Of a DNA stretch of 64,000 nt, positions 38,663-48,893 are shown in pieces. The translations under genes and the position numbers were made by a program. The stretch's first letter is position 1, and every line of letters starts with the position of its first letter. A model generated the notes under the pieces. The model saw nothing but the letters and a program-made list of their open reading frames with translations. It did not search any database and had not been told where the DNA came from. Source of the stretch: an uncultured Oscillospiraceae bacterium (lineage in GTDB: Bacteria; Bacillota; Clostridia; Oscillospirales; Oscillospiraceae); NCBI GenBank assembly GCA_964459785.1, contig CAYWNW010000008.1:1443-65442 (forward strand). The letters run 5' to 3'.

Positions 38663-39424
38663 ATGAGCACGAAGCGAAAGAGAAAAAAACAAAAATCAAG
38701 CGGAGCGCGAGGCTTTATCTTCAGCTCCGTTTCGTTTATAGTAATTTGCGCCGCACTTGTTTTTGGCATGAGCGTGTTTTTTCGCGTGTCAAATATCGAA
38801 GTGAACGGCGCCAATCGCTATACCCGCGAGGAAATCATCGCGGCCTCCGGCATAGAAAACGGGGACAACCTGATGCTGGTTAACAGGTCGGCGGTGGCGC
38901 AAAAAATTTACTCAAAGATGATTTATATCGGCAAGGTAAATGTGGAACGAAAGCTCCCAAATACCATCCTGATTGAAATTACCGAGAGCGACAGTATCGC
39001 GGTTGTTGAGTCCGAGTCGGGTCTGTGGCTCGTTGACAGCAACTGCCGTCTCTTGGAGGAATGCGCCACACAGGACGCCGAAAACTATATTAAGGTCAAG
39101 GGCTTTTCCGCGGTTAAACCGGAGAAGGGAGAGCTAATCTCCGTGCCCGATGAGGACAAGCCGAAGGTGGAATTTCTAAGTGGAATCCTGACGGCAATCT
39201 ACGAAAAAAACATGACGGGTGATGTGGCTTCTCTCGATGTCAGCAACCTCCAAAACGCGGAATTTGACTATCTCGGGGGTCGGTTCACAGTCAAGCTCGG
39301 AAGAGACGAAAATCTCGATTATAAGTTCGAGCTGCTGCTCGGAGTAATATCGAAACTGGATGCGAAAGATACAGGAGTTATCGACCTTTCGCAGGACAAA
39401 AAGGCGCAGTTCTCTCCATTTTGA
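38663..39424 (+). CDS. ftsQ: Cell division protein FtsQ/DivIB (POTRA)
   Basis: 253-aa bitopic protein with a POTRA-like segment (NIEVNGANRYTREEI). It lies directly upstream of ftsZ. Confidence 0.8.
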   Translation: MSTKRKRKKQKSSGARGFIFSSVSFIVICAALVFGMSVFFRVSNIEVNGANRYTREEIIAASGIENGDNLMLVNRSAVAQKIYSKMIYIGKVNVERKLPNTILIEITESDSIAVVESESGLWLVDSNCRLLEECATQDAENYIKVKGFSAVKPEKGELISVPDEDKPKVEFLSGILTAIYEKNMTGDVASLDVSNLQNAEFDYLGGRFTVKLGRDENLDYKFELLLGVISKLDAKDTGVIDLSQDKKAQFSPF

Positions 39425-39609
39425 TGAATTTGCCGTTTTCTTGGCGAAAAACCACAAATAATGGGAAATAATTTAATAGTTCACATAATATATTTGCAAA
39501 GAATACTTGACCAAAAGACAAATCCGTTATAAAATAGAGCGAATAATTGGAATATTGCCTGAACGAAATCAATTTGTTCAGATTTATCAAAACATGGGAG
39601 GCTATGAAA

Positions 39610-40737
39610 ATGTCGTTTCAGCTTGAAACCGGTCCCGAAAATGTTGTTACTATTAAGGTTGTTGGTGTTGGCGGAGCGGGAAATAACGTTGTCAACAGGA
39701 TGGTCAAATCCGGAACAAAGGGCGTTGAATTCATTGCCATAAATACGGATAAGCAGGCTCTTTCCGTCTCCAGCGCAACACAGAAAATACAGATTGGTGA
39801 GAAACTAACTCACGGACAGGGCGCGGGAAGCGATCCCGAAATCGGCAAGCGCAGCGCCGAGGAAAGCCGCAACAATATTGCCAAGAGCTTCGAGGATGCC
39901 GACATGGTGTTCATTACGGCCGGCATGGGCGGCGGAACCGGAACGGGAGCCGCTCCCATAGTTGCAGATATTGCCCGTGAATCCGGAATACTTACAGTCG
40001 GGGTTGTCACAAAACCCTTCAGCTTTGAGGGCAAGCGCAGAATGGATCAGGCTAAGCAGGGAATAAACGATCTGCTCGGCAAGGTTGATTCGCTTCTCAT
40101 AATCCCCAATGACCGTCTTAAGTTTGCAACAGACCAGCGCGTCACCTTTGCAAACGCTTTTGAAATTGCTGACGATGTTCTTCATCAGGCCGTTACTTCT
40201 ATTTCCGACCTCATTAAGAACACCGGCTTTATTAACCTCGACTTCGCCGATGTTACAACCATTATGAAGGATGCCGGCTTTGCCCACATGGGCGTCGGAC
40301 ACGCAGTCGGCAAGGGCAAGGCTGAGGATGCCGCCCGCATGGCGGTTGCAAGCCCCCTCATGGAAACCTCTATTGACGGCGCAAGAGGCGTGCTTATCAA
40401 TATCACAGGCTCCATGGATATGGGCCTTGAGGATGTTGAAGCCGCAGCCAACCTTGTTCAGGCCGCCGCACATCCCGAAGCAAACATCATCTTCGGCGCA
40501 ACCTTTGATGATACGATGGACGATGAGATTCGCGTAACGGTTATTGCAACCGGTTTTGACGACGGTCCCATTAAGAGCGCGAGAGACACAAAGAAGGAAC
40601 AGGAGCCTTCAGCGCCGCAGGGACTTTTCAGCACGGCCTCCGAAATGGCGGGAAACAGCAGACAGCAGCCGCAGACCGAGCCTAAGAAGGAAGAGGACCC
40701 TTTTGACAGCATATTTAAGATTTTCAACTCCAAATAA
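39610..40737 (+). CDS. ftsZ: Cell division GTPase FtsZ
   Basis: ATG at 39610 lies 8 nt after GGGAGG. The tubulin signature [17 protein letters not shown], and the C-terminal peptide [10 protein letters not shown] are present. Confidence 0.95.
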   Translation: MSFQLETGPENVVTIKVVGVGGAGNNVVNRMVKSGTKGVEFIAINTDKQALSVSSATQKIQIGEKLTHGQGAGSDPEIGKRSAEESRNNIAKSFEDADMVFITAGMGGGTGTGAAPIVADIARESGILTVGVVTKPFSFEGKRRMDQAKQGINDLLGKVDSLLIIPNDRLKFATDQRVTFANAFEIADDVLHQAVTSISDLIKNTGFINLDFADVTTIMKDAGFAHMGVGHAVGKGKAEDAARMAVASPLMETSIDGARGVLINITGSMDMGLEDVEAAANLVQAAAHPEANIIFGATFDDTMDDEIRVTVIATGFDDGPIKSARDTKKEQEPSAPQGLFSTASEMAGNSRQQPQTEPKKEEDPFDSIFKIFNSK

Positions 40738-40919
40738 TTGCGGTTCTGGCGCGGCATATTATCGAATAGTATAGAGTATAGATATATGCCCCGATATTCT
40801 CGCGGAAAGCCGCTTCAAGTTTGCTTAATACATAACTCCCTCCGCCTAAGGTGGCGGGGGGAGTTATCTGCGTAAGAAGAAAACGGCTCGGGGACTTCTT
40901 TGTTAAGGGGATGTTTTTA

Positions 40920-41777
40920 ATGGTTCGGAGAACCGGACACTTCGTCGGGTATTTGAAAGAACTTTTTGAAATTTACTATGACAACCATGTTTCGCGTTCG
41001 GCGGCGGAACTGTCATATTTCCTTACTCTGTCCATTTTCCCGACCTTGATTTGCGTTCACGCAATGATTGTGAAATTTACCCCGGGTATCACGATTAAAC
41101 TCGATGAGCTCGCGGGTCTTATTCCCTCCGATACTTTGGATATTATTTCGGACTATCTGAACTACGTTGCCGTTCATAACAGCAGGGCGCTGCTAACGGC
41201 GGGAATTTTGGGTATGGCTACGACATCCGCCGCCTCCTTCCGCTCTATCCACAGCATTATGGGTGATATACAGGGCGTTTCGCGCTTTCGCGGACTTTTC
41301 GCGACACTTTTCAGTTTCGTGTTTTCACTAATTTTTATGGCGGCGATTTATTTTGGAATAATCGTTATGGTCACGGGCAGCTGGCTTATAGGGCTGATAA
41401 CCGATGTGTTTCCGAGTCTTGCGGGGCTGGAATTTTGGACCTTGCTTAAATTTCCGCTGATGCTGGTAATATTTGTGCTTATTATCTACGGACTTTACCG
41501 TATTACGGCTCCTGCAAATTTAAGGGGCACTTACTTTCAGGGAGCCGCGGCCGCAGCCGTCATTCTGGTTCTTGTAAGCGTCCTGTTTTCGTGGTTTATC
41601 AGCATGTCAACAAGATACCCGCTAATTTACGGTTCGCTCGCCTCGATAATAATCTTTATGCTCTGGATTTATATCTGCGGGCAGATTTTAATTATGGGAA
41701 ATGCCCTGAATGTTGTCATCAGGCGGCATAAACCGCAAAAACCGAAAAAGCCCGAGGATATACAAGGTAAAATATAA
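40920..41777 (+). CDS. YihY/BrkB-family membrane protein
   Basis: Polytopic protein with N-terminal AAELSYFLTLSIFP typical of YihY. The start is chosen 9 nt after AAGGGG (alternative ATG at 40911). Confidence 0.75.
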   Translation: MVRRTGHFVGYLKELFEIYYDNHVSRSAAELSYFLTLSIFPTLICVHAMIVKFTPGITIKLDELAGLIPSDTLDIISDYLNYVAVHNSRALLTAGILGMATTSAASFRSIHSIMGDIQGVSRFRGLFATLFSFVFSLIFMAAIYFGIIVMVTGSWLIGLITDVFPSLAGLEFWTLLKFPLMLVIFVLIIYGLYRITAPANLRGTYFQGAAAAAVILVLVSVLFSWFISMSTRYPLIYGSLASIIIFMLWIYICGQILIMGNALNVVIRRHKPQKPKKPEDIQGKI

Positions 41778-41792
41778 GATACTTTCTAAGCG

Positions 41793-41825
41793 GGAACCGA
41801 TTGACGAAATCGGTTCCTTTTTTTC
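41793..41825 (+). terminator. Rho-independent terminator
   Basis: GGAACCGA...TCGGTTCC hairpin followed by T8. Confidence 0.8.
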
Positions 41826-41908
41826 ATCGAAAAATGTCCGCACTAAACGGAATTTGGACTTGCCGCGCTATCATAAGCTGTAATAAATAAGCGACGGGAG
41901 GTAGCAAA

Positions 41909-42619
41909 ATGCTGGCAAGCGCATTTATGATGCTCGTGAGCAGCGCGTTTTTAATGCTGCGCCTGGGCAAAAACTCGGGCTCTTTCCCCAAACCTCTCAG
42001 TGCCGAGGATGAGCAAAAGTACTTGGATATGTGGGCAAAGGGTGATGTCGAGGCCCGCAACAAGCTTATCGAGCACAATCTCCGCCTTGTGGCGCATATA
42101 GTAAAAAAATATTACACGCAATGCGCGGAGCTCGACGACCTGATTTCAATCGGCACAATCGGCCTAATCAAGGGAATTTCATCCTACAAAGCCGATAAGG
42201 GCGTAAGGCTGGCCACCTACGCAAGCCGCTGCATAGAAAATGAAGTGCTGATGTACTTTCGCTCGGCGCGAAAATCCTCAACCGACGTATCGCTTTCGGA
42301 ATCAATCGAAACGGACGGCACGGGAAGCTCACTCTGCCTTATGGATGTCGTGTGCTTTGAGGAGGATATGTTGGAGGAAATCAGCAGAAATGAGCTGTCT
42401 CGGACAATCGGAAGACTCGTACACGAGGCTCTTGACGCTAGGGAGAGCGAAATTATTCGTCTTCGCTACGGACTTGACGGTGAGCCCCCAAGAACTCAGC
42501 ACGATGTTGCAGAGCTCTGCGGAATCAGCCGCTCATACGTCTCACGCATTGAAAAGAAAGCGCTGGAAAAGCTGAAGAAAGCCCTTGAAGAGAATGAAAA
42601 CCGAATCAAACCGAAATGA
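41909..42619 (+). CDS. sigK: Sporulation sigma factor SigK (pro-sigma-K), uninterrupted
   Basis: 236 aa with a hydrophobic pro-sequence, then FPKPLSAEDEQKYL..AKGD..ARNKLIEHNLRLVAHIVKKY and ISRSYVSRIEKKAL. These match SigK rather than SigE (which has LIERNLRLVVYIARKF). Confidence 0.8.
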   Translation: MLASAFMMLVSSAFLMLRLGKNSGSFPKPLSAEDEQKYLDMWAKGDVEARNKLIEHNLRLVAHIVKKYYTQCAELDDLISIGTIGLIKGISSYKADKGVRLATYASRCIENEVLMYFRSARKSSTDVSLSESIETDGTGSSLCLMDVVCFEEDMLEEISRNELSRTIGRLVHEALDARESEIIRLRYGLDGEPPRTQHDVAELCGISRSYVSRIEKKALEKLKKALEENENRIKPK

Positions 42620-42776
42620 AATTGTAAAAATGCCACCGAAATAAATAAAAATATGGTGCTTTATCAGCTCCTTATATGCTATAATTAATAAAACTTTTTG
42701 AAATTACGGTTATCCGGCGTTTTTCGTTTATTCTATGCTTTGGCAAAAATTTACTTTATTAATAAAGGGAATCGAC

Positions 42777-44105
42777 ATGGATATTAAATCTGAATATCGC
42801 GCAAAGCTGCGCACGGCGGAGGAAGCGGTCAAAGTAGTTAAAAGCGGAGACTGGGTGGACTATTTCACGGCTTTGGGCATGCCTGTCCTGCTGGACAGAG
42901 CCCTTGCCAAGCGCAGGGACGAGCTGACCGATGTTAAAATACGCGGCAACCTTCTTTTCGGACCCATTGAATGTGTAGAATGTGACCCGCGGCAGGAACA
43001 CTTCACCTATAACAGCTGGCACTGCTCAAGCTACGAGCGCAAACTCGCGGACCGCGGTCTGTGCTATTATATCCCCATGATTTTCCGAAATTTAGTTCCC
43101 TATTACCGCCATTTTCTCGAAGTCAATGTTGCCATGATAAGCGTAACTCCAATGGACGAGCATGGCTATTTCAACCTCTCAACCTCAACGGGTATTGCAA
43201 AGGGCATACTGGACAAAGCAAATTTTATAATACTTGAGGTCAACGAAAGACTGCCGAGAGTTCACGGTTTTGATGAGGTTATCCACATTTCGGAGGTGGA
43301 TTTGATTGTTGAAGGCGAGCATGAACCCCTGACGGAGCTTAAGCTGCCTGAAACAACACCAGAAGACATCAAAATCGCGGAGCAGATTATCCCCTATATA
43401 AAGGACGGCTCAGCTCTGCAGTTGGGTATCGGCGGCATGCCGAACGCTGTCGGAAAGATGATAGCCGAGAGCGGAATTAAGAATCTGGGTATGCATACCG
43501 AGCTTTGCTGCGACGCATATCTGGAGCTTGACAGAGCAGGCGTTTTAACAAACCGCAAGAGCAGCCTTCAGCGGGACTAGGGCGTTTTCGGAATCGCTCT
43601 GGGCAGCAGAGGTCTTTACGAATGGCTCAATAACAACCCGGGTCTGCACGCCTGCCCTCTTGAATATGTCAATTCTCCCGAAATAATCGGGAAAATTGAC
43701 GATATGATTTCGATTAACAGCTGTATCTCGACGGATTTATATGGACAGGTAAGCGCGGAAAGCAACGGTACAAGGCAAATCAGCGGAACGGGCGGTCAGC
43801 TTGATTATCTCACCGGAGCGGCAATGTCAAAGGGAGGCAAGGCCTTTATCTGCATGACATCAACATATACGACAAAAGACGGCGTCCGCAGGTCACGTAT
43901 CGTTCCCACCTTCAACGGGGACATTGTAACCTCGCCCCGCAGCCAGTCCTATTTTATCGTAACTGAGTTTGGAGTTGTTAACCTTGTGGGGCGCTCAACA
44001 TGGGAGCGTGCCGAGCTCCTGATTTCCGTTGCCCATCCCGATTTTCGTCAGGAACTCATAGAAGCGGCGGACAAACAGCATATCTGGCGCAGATCTAACA
44101 AATAA
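42777..44105 (+). pseudogene. Acetyl-CoA hydrolase/transferase-family CoA-transferase (butyryl-CoA:acetate / 4-hydroxybutyrate type) with a single in-frame TAG at 43578-43580
   Basis: ORFs 42735-43580 and 43704-44105 are in the same frame. Read-through gives a continuous family-typical sequence (...NRKSSLQRD*GVFGIALGSRGLYEWLNNNPG...SINSCISTDLYGQVSAES...). Confidence 0.75.
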
Positions 44106-44150
44106 ACGGCCAAGCTGAGTTCTGATAATTAAAACAGCGGGAGTATCGGC

Positions 44151-44474
44151 ATGAAAGTATACAATGCCTCAATTTTCCTTTATCTTAACGGAAAAGGAAT
44201 TAAAAATTCGAATAAGGGCTATATATTTCTTGTCGATGCGATTCGATTGGGAGCAGAGTCCGAGGATGCGCTGAAGCGCGTTACGGATCTCTATACCGTA
44301 ATAGCAATGTCCTACGGAATTTTGCCGCAGAACGTCGAACGGGGAATACGTTACGCAATTTCGGGACTTGGAGTAACGAATAAGGAGTTTATTTCAAAAG
44401 CCGTAAGCGACATTACAAAGGACTATGCCTTGACGGGCGCAATACATAAAAAGATTTCTAAGAAGCCGAACTGA
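44151..44474 (+). CDS. Stand-alone Spo0A C-terminal (DNA-binding) domain-like protein
   Basis: 107 aa. KGYIFLVDAIRL...DLYTVIAMSYGILPQNVERGIRYAI parallels the Spo0A_C pattern KGY.YL..AI...LY..IA......VERAIRHAI. There is no receiver domain. Confidence 0.6.
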   Translation: MKVYNASIFLYLNGKGIKNSNKGYIFLVDAIRLGAESEDALKRVTDLYTVIAMSYGILPQNVERGIRYAISGLGVTNKEFISKAVSDITKDYALTGAIHKKISKKPN

Positions 44475-44500
44475 CATATAACTTGACCAAGTTTTATGCT

Positions 44501-44546
44501 GAAACAAGTCCGAAAAGCGTTGTATTGCGCTGATCGGACTTGTTTC
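44501..44546 (+). terminator. Hairpin terminator after the Spo0A_C-like gene
   Basis: 12-bp perfect stem GAAACAAGTCCG / CGGACTTGTTTC. The trailing tract AATTT is weak. Confidence 0.5.
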
Positions 44547-44658
44547 AATTTGAGAATAACTTTTAACCTTATTTGAGGCGTGAAATCGGATTGGCAGAAT
44601 TTGTGGCTTGATAAAATAGTTACAAAAGAGTTACAATTCAGTCAAGGAGGTGACTGAT

Positions 44659-45660
44659 ATGCTTAACTTTTTTAAAAAAACAATAGTCACACTGACAGCG
44701 ATTCTAGTGATTTCGAGCCTTGCGGCAGGTGCTTCGGCTTACGCGGCAGGGTCATCCTGCACGGGGAGCGGCAGCACGGCAAATGTATATTCCGTATATT
44801 CAAATACAAGCGGCTCCTGCAATTTACAGGGACTTGACGTAAATTCGATTTTGAGCAAGCTTAGTTCATACGGATGCACGGAGGCATCGGCGAACGCGGC
44901 AAACTGTAATGGGACAGTCTGCAACGCTAAAAGCTGCGCGGGAGCTGATTGCGCGGTAAACGGTATCTGCACCACAAATACCTGTACCGCCGGTAATTGC
45001 ACCACGAGCACCTGTGAATCTGATTCAGCCTGTGCCGCGAACAGCTGCACGAATACCGGCAATCAAACGGCGGCACTTTCCGCTTATGAAAACAGCAGCC
45101 AGACAAATGTATCCTTAACTCAGGACCTTAAGAGCGCGGCAGCTAATTATGCGGCGGAAATTAAGAAGCTTTGCAGGATAAGCTACGGTACCGCCATCAC
45201 GACAGCAGCTCCCAAGCCTTCAACAAGCGTGACACCCGAGCCCTCGGCAAGCCCCGCTTCGACCTCGAACAGCGGCAGCGCAGATAACGAGTCCTTTGAA
45301 CAGCAGGTGCTTGCGCTTGTCAATGAGCAGCGTGCCGAAATCGGGCTTTCTCCTCTGACTCTGAGCACTGAGCTTTCAAACGTCGCGAGGGCAAAATCTC
45401 AGGATATGAGCGACAATAACTATTTTTCTCATACAAGCCCAAGCTACGGCTCTCCCTTTGAAATGCTTAAAGCCTTCGGCATAAGCTACAGGACGGCGGG
45501 AGAAAACATTGCGATGGGTTACGCAACACCGCAGGCAGTCATGAACGCCTGGATGAATTCCGCGGGACACAGAGCAAATATCTTGAATGCCTCATTTACA
45601 CAGATTGGAATTGGCTACGTCGCCGACGGTAACTATTGGACACAGGAGTTTATCGGTTAA
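44659..45660 (+). CDS. Secreted CAP/SCP (YkwD-like) domain protein with a Cys-rich CX4 repeat linker
   Basis: ATG at 44659 follows AAGGAGG. The protein has a signal peptide and a C-terminal CAP domain (YFSHTSPSYGSPFEM...GENIA...WMNSAGHRANIL). Confidence 0.8.
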   Translation: MLNFFKKTIVTLTAILVISSLAAGASAYAAGSSCTGSGSTANVYSVYSNTSGSCNLQGLDVNSILSKLSSYGCTEASANAANCNGTVCNAKSCAGADCAVNGICTTNTCTAGNCTTSTCESDSACAANSCTNTGNQTAALSAYENSSQTNVSLTQDLKSAAANYAAEIKKLCRISYGTAITTAAPKPSTSVTPEPSASPASTSNSGSADNESFEQQVLALVNEQRAEIGLSPLTLSTELSNVARAKSQDMSDNNYFSHTSPSYGSPFEMLKAFGISYRTAGENIAMGYATPQAVMNAWMNSAGHRANILNASFTQIGIGYVADGNYWTQEFIG

Positions 45661-45682
45661 ATAAGTTTAAAAAGATAAAAAT

Positions 45683-45729
45683 CGGCCGAAGCGACTTTTC
45701 CCGAAAGGAAAGCGCTTCGGCCGTTTTTT
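45683..45729 (+). terminator. Rho-independent terminator
   Basis: CGGCCGAAGCG...CGCTTCGGCCG hairpin followed by T6. Confidence 0.8.
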
Positions 45730-45860
45730 CGCGGCAAGTGTAATAATTTAGAAGTCATATAGGCAATCAAAATGAAAATAATAAAACAGGATTATTTTTG
45801 ACGCGCCGAGTCTTCATTAAAACGGGAAGAGGCGTGTACTTCGATAGGGCGTGATAAATT

Positions 45861-46898
45861 TTGACCCGTGGCGCAGGAAAGAAAGTGCTTTTTGTTTTAA
45901 TGCTGATATGTATATGTTTGTGGGCATGCTCCCTTGCCGCAGCAGCAGCCGGGGCCAAAGCTGCCGCGGCTGTGCCCGCCGAGCGGGAGGGCGAAAGCTT
46001 TATAAAGTGGGTGGATTTCAATGTTCCGTGTCAGGCGCTTAAAAAGTCCATCTCGCTGGATATACTTTCGCAGGAGAAGGAGATTAAGCTAAACTTCATC
46101 GAGCTTCTGGCGTATCTGGCTTCTCAAAACGGCAATAACTTCGGCTCCTATAAGGACGCTTCGCTTGACGCGATTGCCGAGAAGCTCAACTCGGGCGTTT
46201 CAATGGAGGAGCTGACGAAAAATTCAAAATACTATGGCTATTACCTTGAGTGCTATACCGCGATTTTATCGGGTTTTGTCGGAAATTTCGAAATCGAAGT
46301 GCCGAACGCGGACGGTTCGGGTAAGCATTGGGAGAAGCGCTACGGAATTAAGGTGTTTTCGCCGATAGCTAAAAATTTTCCTTACAGCCATTATGACGAT
46401 TTCGGAACAAGGCGCTCTTACGGCTTTTCAAGGCCTCACCTCGGAAACGACCTTATAGGACAGGTGGGCACGCCGATAATCGCGGTTGAGGGCGGAACTG
46501 TTGAGGCTATGGGCTGGAATCAATACGGAGGCTGGCGTATCGGTATTCGCTCCTTTGACAAGAAAAGATACTACTATTATGCTCATCTGCGAAAGAATTT
46601 TCCGTTTAAAAAGGATTTATCCGTCGGCTCCGCAGTTAAAGCGGGCGATGTAATCGGCTATCTTGGGAGAACAGGTTACAGCATAAAAGAGAACGTCAAC
46701 AACATCAAAGTTTCGCATCTGCATTTCGGCATGCAGCTCATTTTTGACGAGTCACAGAAGGAATGCGACAACGAGATTTGGATAAATGTTTTTGAGCTTG
46801 TTCGGCTGCTCGATACGAAAAGGTCCGAGGTGGTGAAAAATCCCGAAACAAAGGATTACAGTCGGGTTTACGATTTCCGCGACGGTATTGCAAGCTAA
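45861..46898 (+). CDS. M23-family (LytM-like) peptidase with signal peptide
   Basis: 345 aa with HLGNDL, YYYAHL and the HLHFGMQ metal-ligand pattern. Confidence 0.8.
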   Translation: MTRGAGKKVLFVLMLICICLWACSLAAAAAGAKAAAAVPAEREGESFIKWVDFNVPCQALKKSISLDILSQEKEIKLNFIELLAYLASQNGNNFGSYKDASLDAIAEKLNSGVSMEELTKNSKYYGYYLECYTAILSGFVGNFEIEVPNADGSGKHWEKRYGIKVFSPIAKNFPYSHYDDFGTRRSYGFSRPHLGNDLIGQVGTPIIAVEGGTVEAMGWNQYGGWRIGIRSFDKKRYYYYAHLRKNFPFKKDLSVGSAVKAGDVIGYLGRTGYSIKENVNNIKVSHLHFGMQLIFDESQKECDNEIWINVFELVRLLDTKRSEVVKNPETKDYSRVYDFRDGIAS

Positions 46899-47569
46899 AA
46901 AAGCTCTTTCCTTATCAGCTCAAACTCGTTCTTATGAAACTTCAAAATGCCTTCATTTCGAAGCTTCCCGAGTTCAAAGGACATGGCGCTGCGGTCAATA
47001 AACAAAAAATCAGCCAGTTCCTGACGGTTAAGAGGGATGGAAAAGCTGCTGCTTTTCGCCTTTTGCGCTTCGAAGGAAAGGTAGGCAAGGAGCTTTTCGC
47101 GCGTTGTGCGCTTTGAGGTAAACTCAATTTTTTGCGTTAGCGCGACATTCTTTTTCGCTATGCTGCCGAGCATATTGTGAATCAGTCTCCTGTGAAAGCC
47201 GCAGGCGTTTGAGCAGGGGGATTCCATTCTTTGGCAGTCAATAAACAGTATTTCGCTTTCGGTCGTTGCGATAACGCTGACCGGAAGCGCTTTTATTTCG
47301 GCGCAGGCAAAGGATTCACCGAAAAGCCCTGAGGGACCTATTACCGCCAGAATGCTCCTGTTGCCGTAATAATCGTCCTGATAGACCTGAACCTGCCCCG
47401 AAAGAACGATTCCAAAGTCGCTCGTCGCTTCTCCGCTTGTAAAAACCGTTTGATTTTTTTCATAGTTAACAACCTTCGCATTCAGACAGGAAAGGAGCGG
47501 CCGATATTCATCTTCCGCAATGCCTTTAAATAAATCAACCTTTTTAAATATTTCAAAATATTTTTCCAT
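46895..47569 (-). CDS. Crp/Fnr-family transcriptional regulator (HcpR-like by context)
   Basis: 224 aa with a cNMP-binding-like beta-roll and a C-terminal HTH (NRQELADFLFIDRSAMSFELGKLR). It is divergent from the hcp operon. Confidence 0.8.
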   Translation of the reverse strand: MEKYFEIFKKVDLFKGIAEDEYRPLLSCLNAKVVNYEKNQTVFTSGEATSDFGIVLSGQVQVYQDDYYGNRSILAVIGPSGLFGESFACAEIKALPVSVIATTESEILFIDCQRMESPCSNACGFHRRLIHNMLGSIAKKNVALTQKIEFTSKRTTREKLLAYLSFEAQKAKSSSFSIPLNRQELADFLFIDRSAMSFELGKLRNEGILKFHKNEFELIRKELF

Positions 47570-47665
47570 AAGCCCTCATTTCGTTGTAAAACCAACATAC
47601 TTATTGTCTTCAGCATAGTAGACTTGAGCCATAAAGTCAACAACCGGCTTAAAGGAGTGAAAAAA

Positions 47666-48370
47666 ATGATTAGAAAAATTATCAAAATAGATGAAGAAAA
47701 GTGCAACGGCTGCGGACTGTGCGCCGATGCCTGCCACGAGGGGGCAATCGGCATTGTAAACGGCAAGGCAAAGCTTCTGCGTGACGACTACTGCGACGGT
47801 TTGGGAAACTGTCTGCCGGTCTGCCCGACGGGCGCAATCAGTTTTGAGGAGCGCGAGGCCGCCGAATACGACGAGGCCGCGGTAAATGAGAAGAACCTTC
47901 AAAAGCAGGGGGAAAAGCTGCCCTGCGGTTGCCCGGGAACGCAGTCGAAAAGCATCTCCCACAGCGAAACACCCTGTTCCTGCGCTTCCGAGGGAAGCGA
48001 AAATCAAAGCCGCTTATCCCAGTGGCCGGTGCAGATAAAGCTGGCTCCCGTGAACGCGCCTTATTTTAACGGAGCAAACCTTCTTGTCGCCGCCGACTGC
48101 TCGGCCTATGCCTTCGGCGACTTCCACAACAGGTTTATTAAAAACAGAATAACCCTCATCGGCTGCCCGAAGCTCGACGACACCGATTACAGCGAAAAGC
48201 TGACAGCAATATTAAAGCTTAACAGCATTAAGAGCGTTACGGTTGTGCGCATGGAGGTTCCCTGCTGCGGCGGAATTGAAAACGCGGTTAAAACAGCCCT
48301 TAAAAACAGCGGAAAAATGATTCCGTGGCAGGTCGTGACCATCTCCACAGACGGAAAAATACTGGATTGA
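47666..48370 (+). CDS. 4Fe-4S dicluster domain protein
   Basis: ATG at 47666 follows AAAGGAG. Motifs CNGCGLCADAC and CDGLGNCLPVCP, plus extra C-terminal Cys residues. Confidence 0.8.
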   Translation: MIRKIIKIDEEKCNGCGLCADACHEGAIGIVNGKAKLLRDDYCDGLGNCLPVCPTGAISFEEREAAEYDEAAVNEKNLQKQGEKLPCGCPGTQSKSISHSETPCSCASEGSENQSRLSQWPVQIKLAPVNAPYFNGANLLVAADCSAYAFGDFHNRFIKNRITLIGCPKLDDTDYSEKLTAILKLNSIKSVTVVRMEVPCCGGIENAVKTALKNSGKMIPWQVVTISTDGKILD

Positions 48371-48385
48371 CAGGAGATTAAACGG

Positions 48386-48700
48386 ATGATAGAAAAGAAG
48401 TATAGCTTATATTCGGGTGAAGAAAAAACAATCGAAAAGGTTCTGTTGGACGAAAATCTGCATTACCTCCACATGGTTTTACCGCAGGGGGAAGGACTAC
48501 CCGAGCACAACACAAATTCTGTCGTTTACATGACCGTAATCAGAGGAAGGCTGTCAATCGGATTGGATAATGAGGAAATTCGTGAGTACGAAGAGGGAAC
48601 ACTGCTGAAAATTCCTTACGACACAAAGATGAAGGTAAGAAACACACAAGCGCAGACGCTGGAGCTGATAGTGGTTAAGGCGCCTGCTCCGAAGACTTGA
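48386..48700 (+). CDS. Cupin-domain protein
   Basis: 104 aa of small beta-barrel type with an H..........G pattern ([19 protein letters not shown]). Confidence 0.55.
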   Translation: MIEKKYSLYSGEEKTIEKVLLDENLHYLHMVLPQGEGLPEHNTNSVVYMTVIRGRLSIGLDNEEIREYEEGTLLKIPYDTKMKVRNTQAQTLELIVVKAPAPKT

Positions 48701-48716
48701 TTTGGAGGCAGTCAGC

Positions 48717-48881
48717 ATGAAAAAGTACAGATGCATTCCCTGCAATTATATCTATGATCCGGCACTTGGCGATCCCGACGGCGGCATTGAACCGGGCACG
48801 GCTTTTGAAGACCTGCCGGATGACTGGCAGTGCCCTGTTTGCTTTGTCGGCAAGGAAGACTTTGAACCTGTAAATGAATGA
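48717..48881 (+). CDS. rd: Rubredoxin (54 aa, below the ORF-track cutoff)
   Basis: Hand-translated as [54 protein letters not shown]. It has CxxC...CPxC with the canonical YDP / DDW context. GGAGG lies 8 nt upstream. Confidence 0.9.
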   Translation: MKKYRCIPCNYIYDPALGDPDGGIEPGTAFEDLPDDWQCPVCFVGKEDFEPVNE

Positions 48882-48893
48882 GGAGGATTGTGT

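Noticed and set aside
41909-42619. A skin-like intervening element or split sigK.
   Set aside because: The ORF is continuous from the pro-sequence to region 4.2 (236 aa), so no interruption is present.
43578-43580. The TAG in the CoA-transferase read as pyrrolysine or programmed recoding.
   Set aside because: No pylTSBCD genes or PYLIS-like context are visible in the window, and this enzyme family is not known to use Pyl. A nonsense mutation or sequencing error is the simpler explanation.
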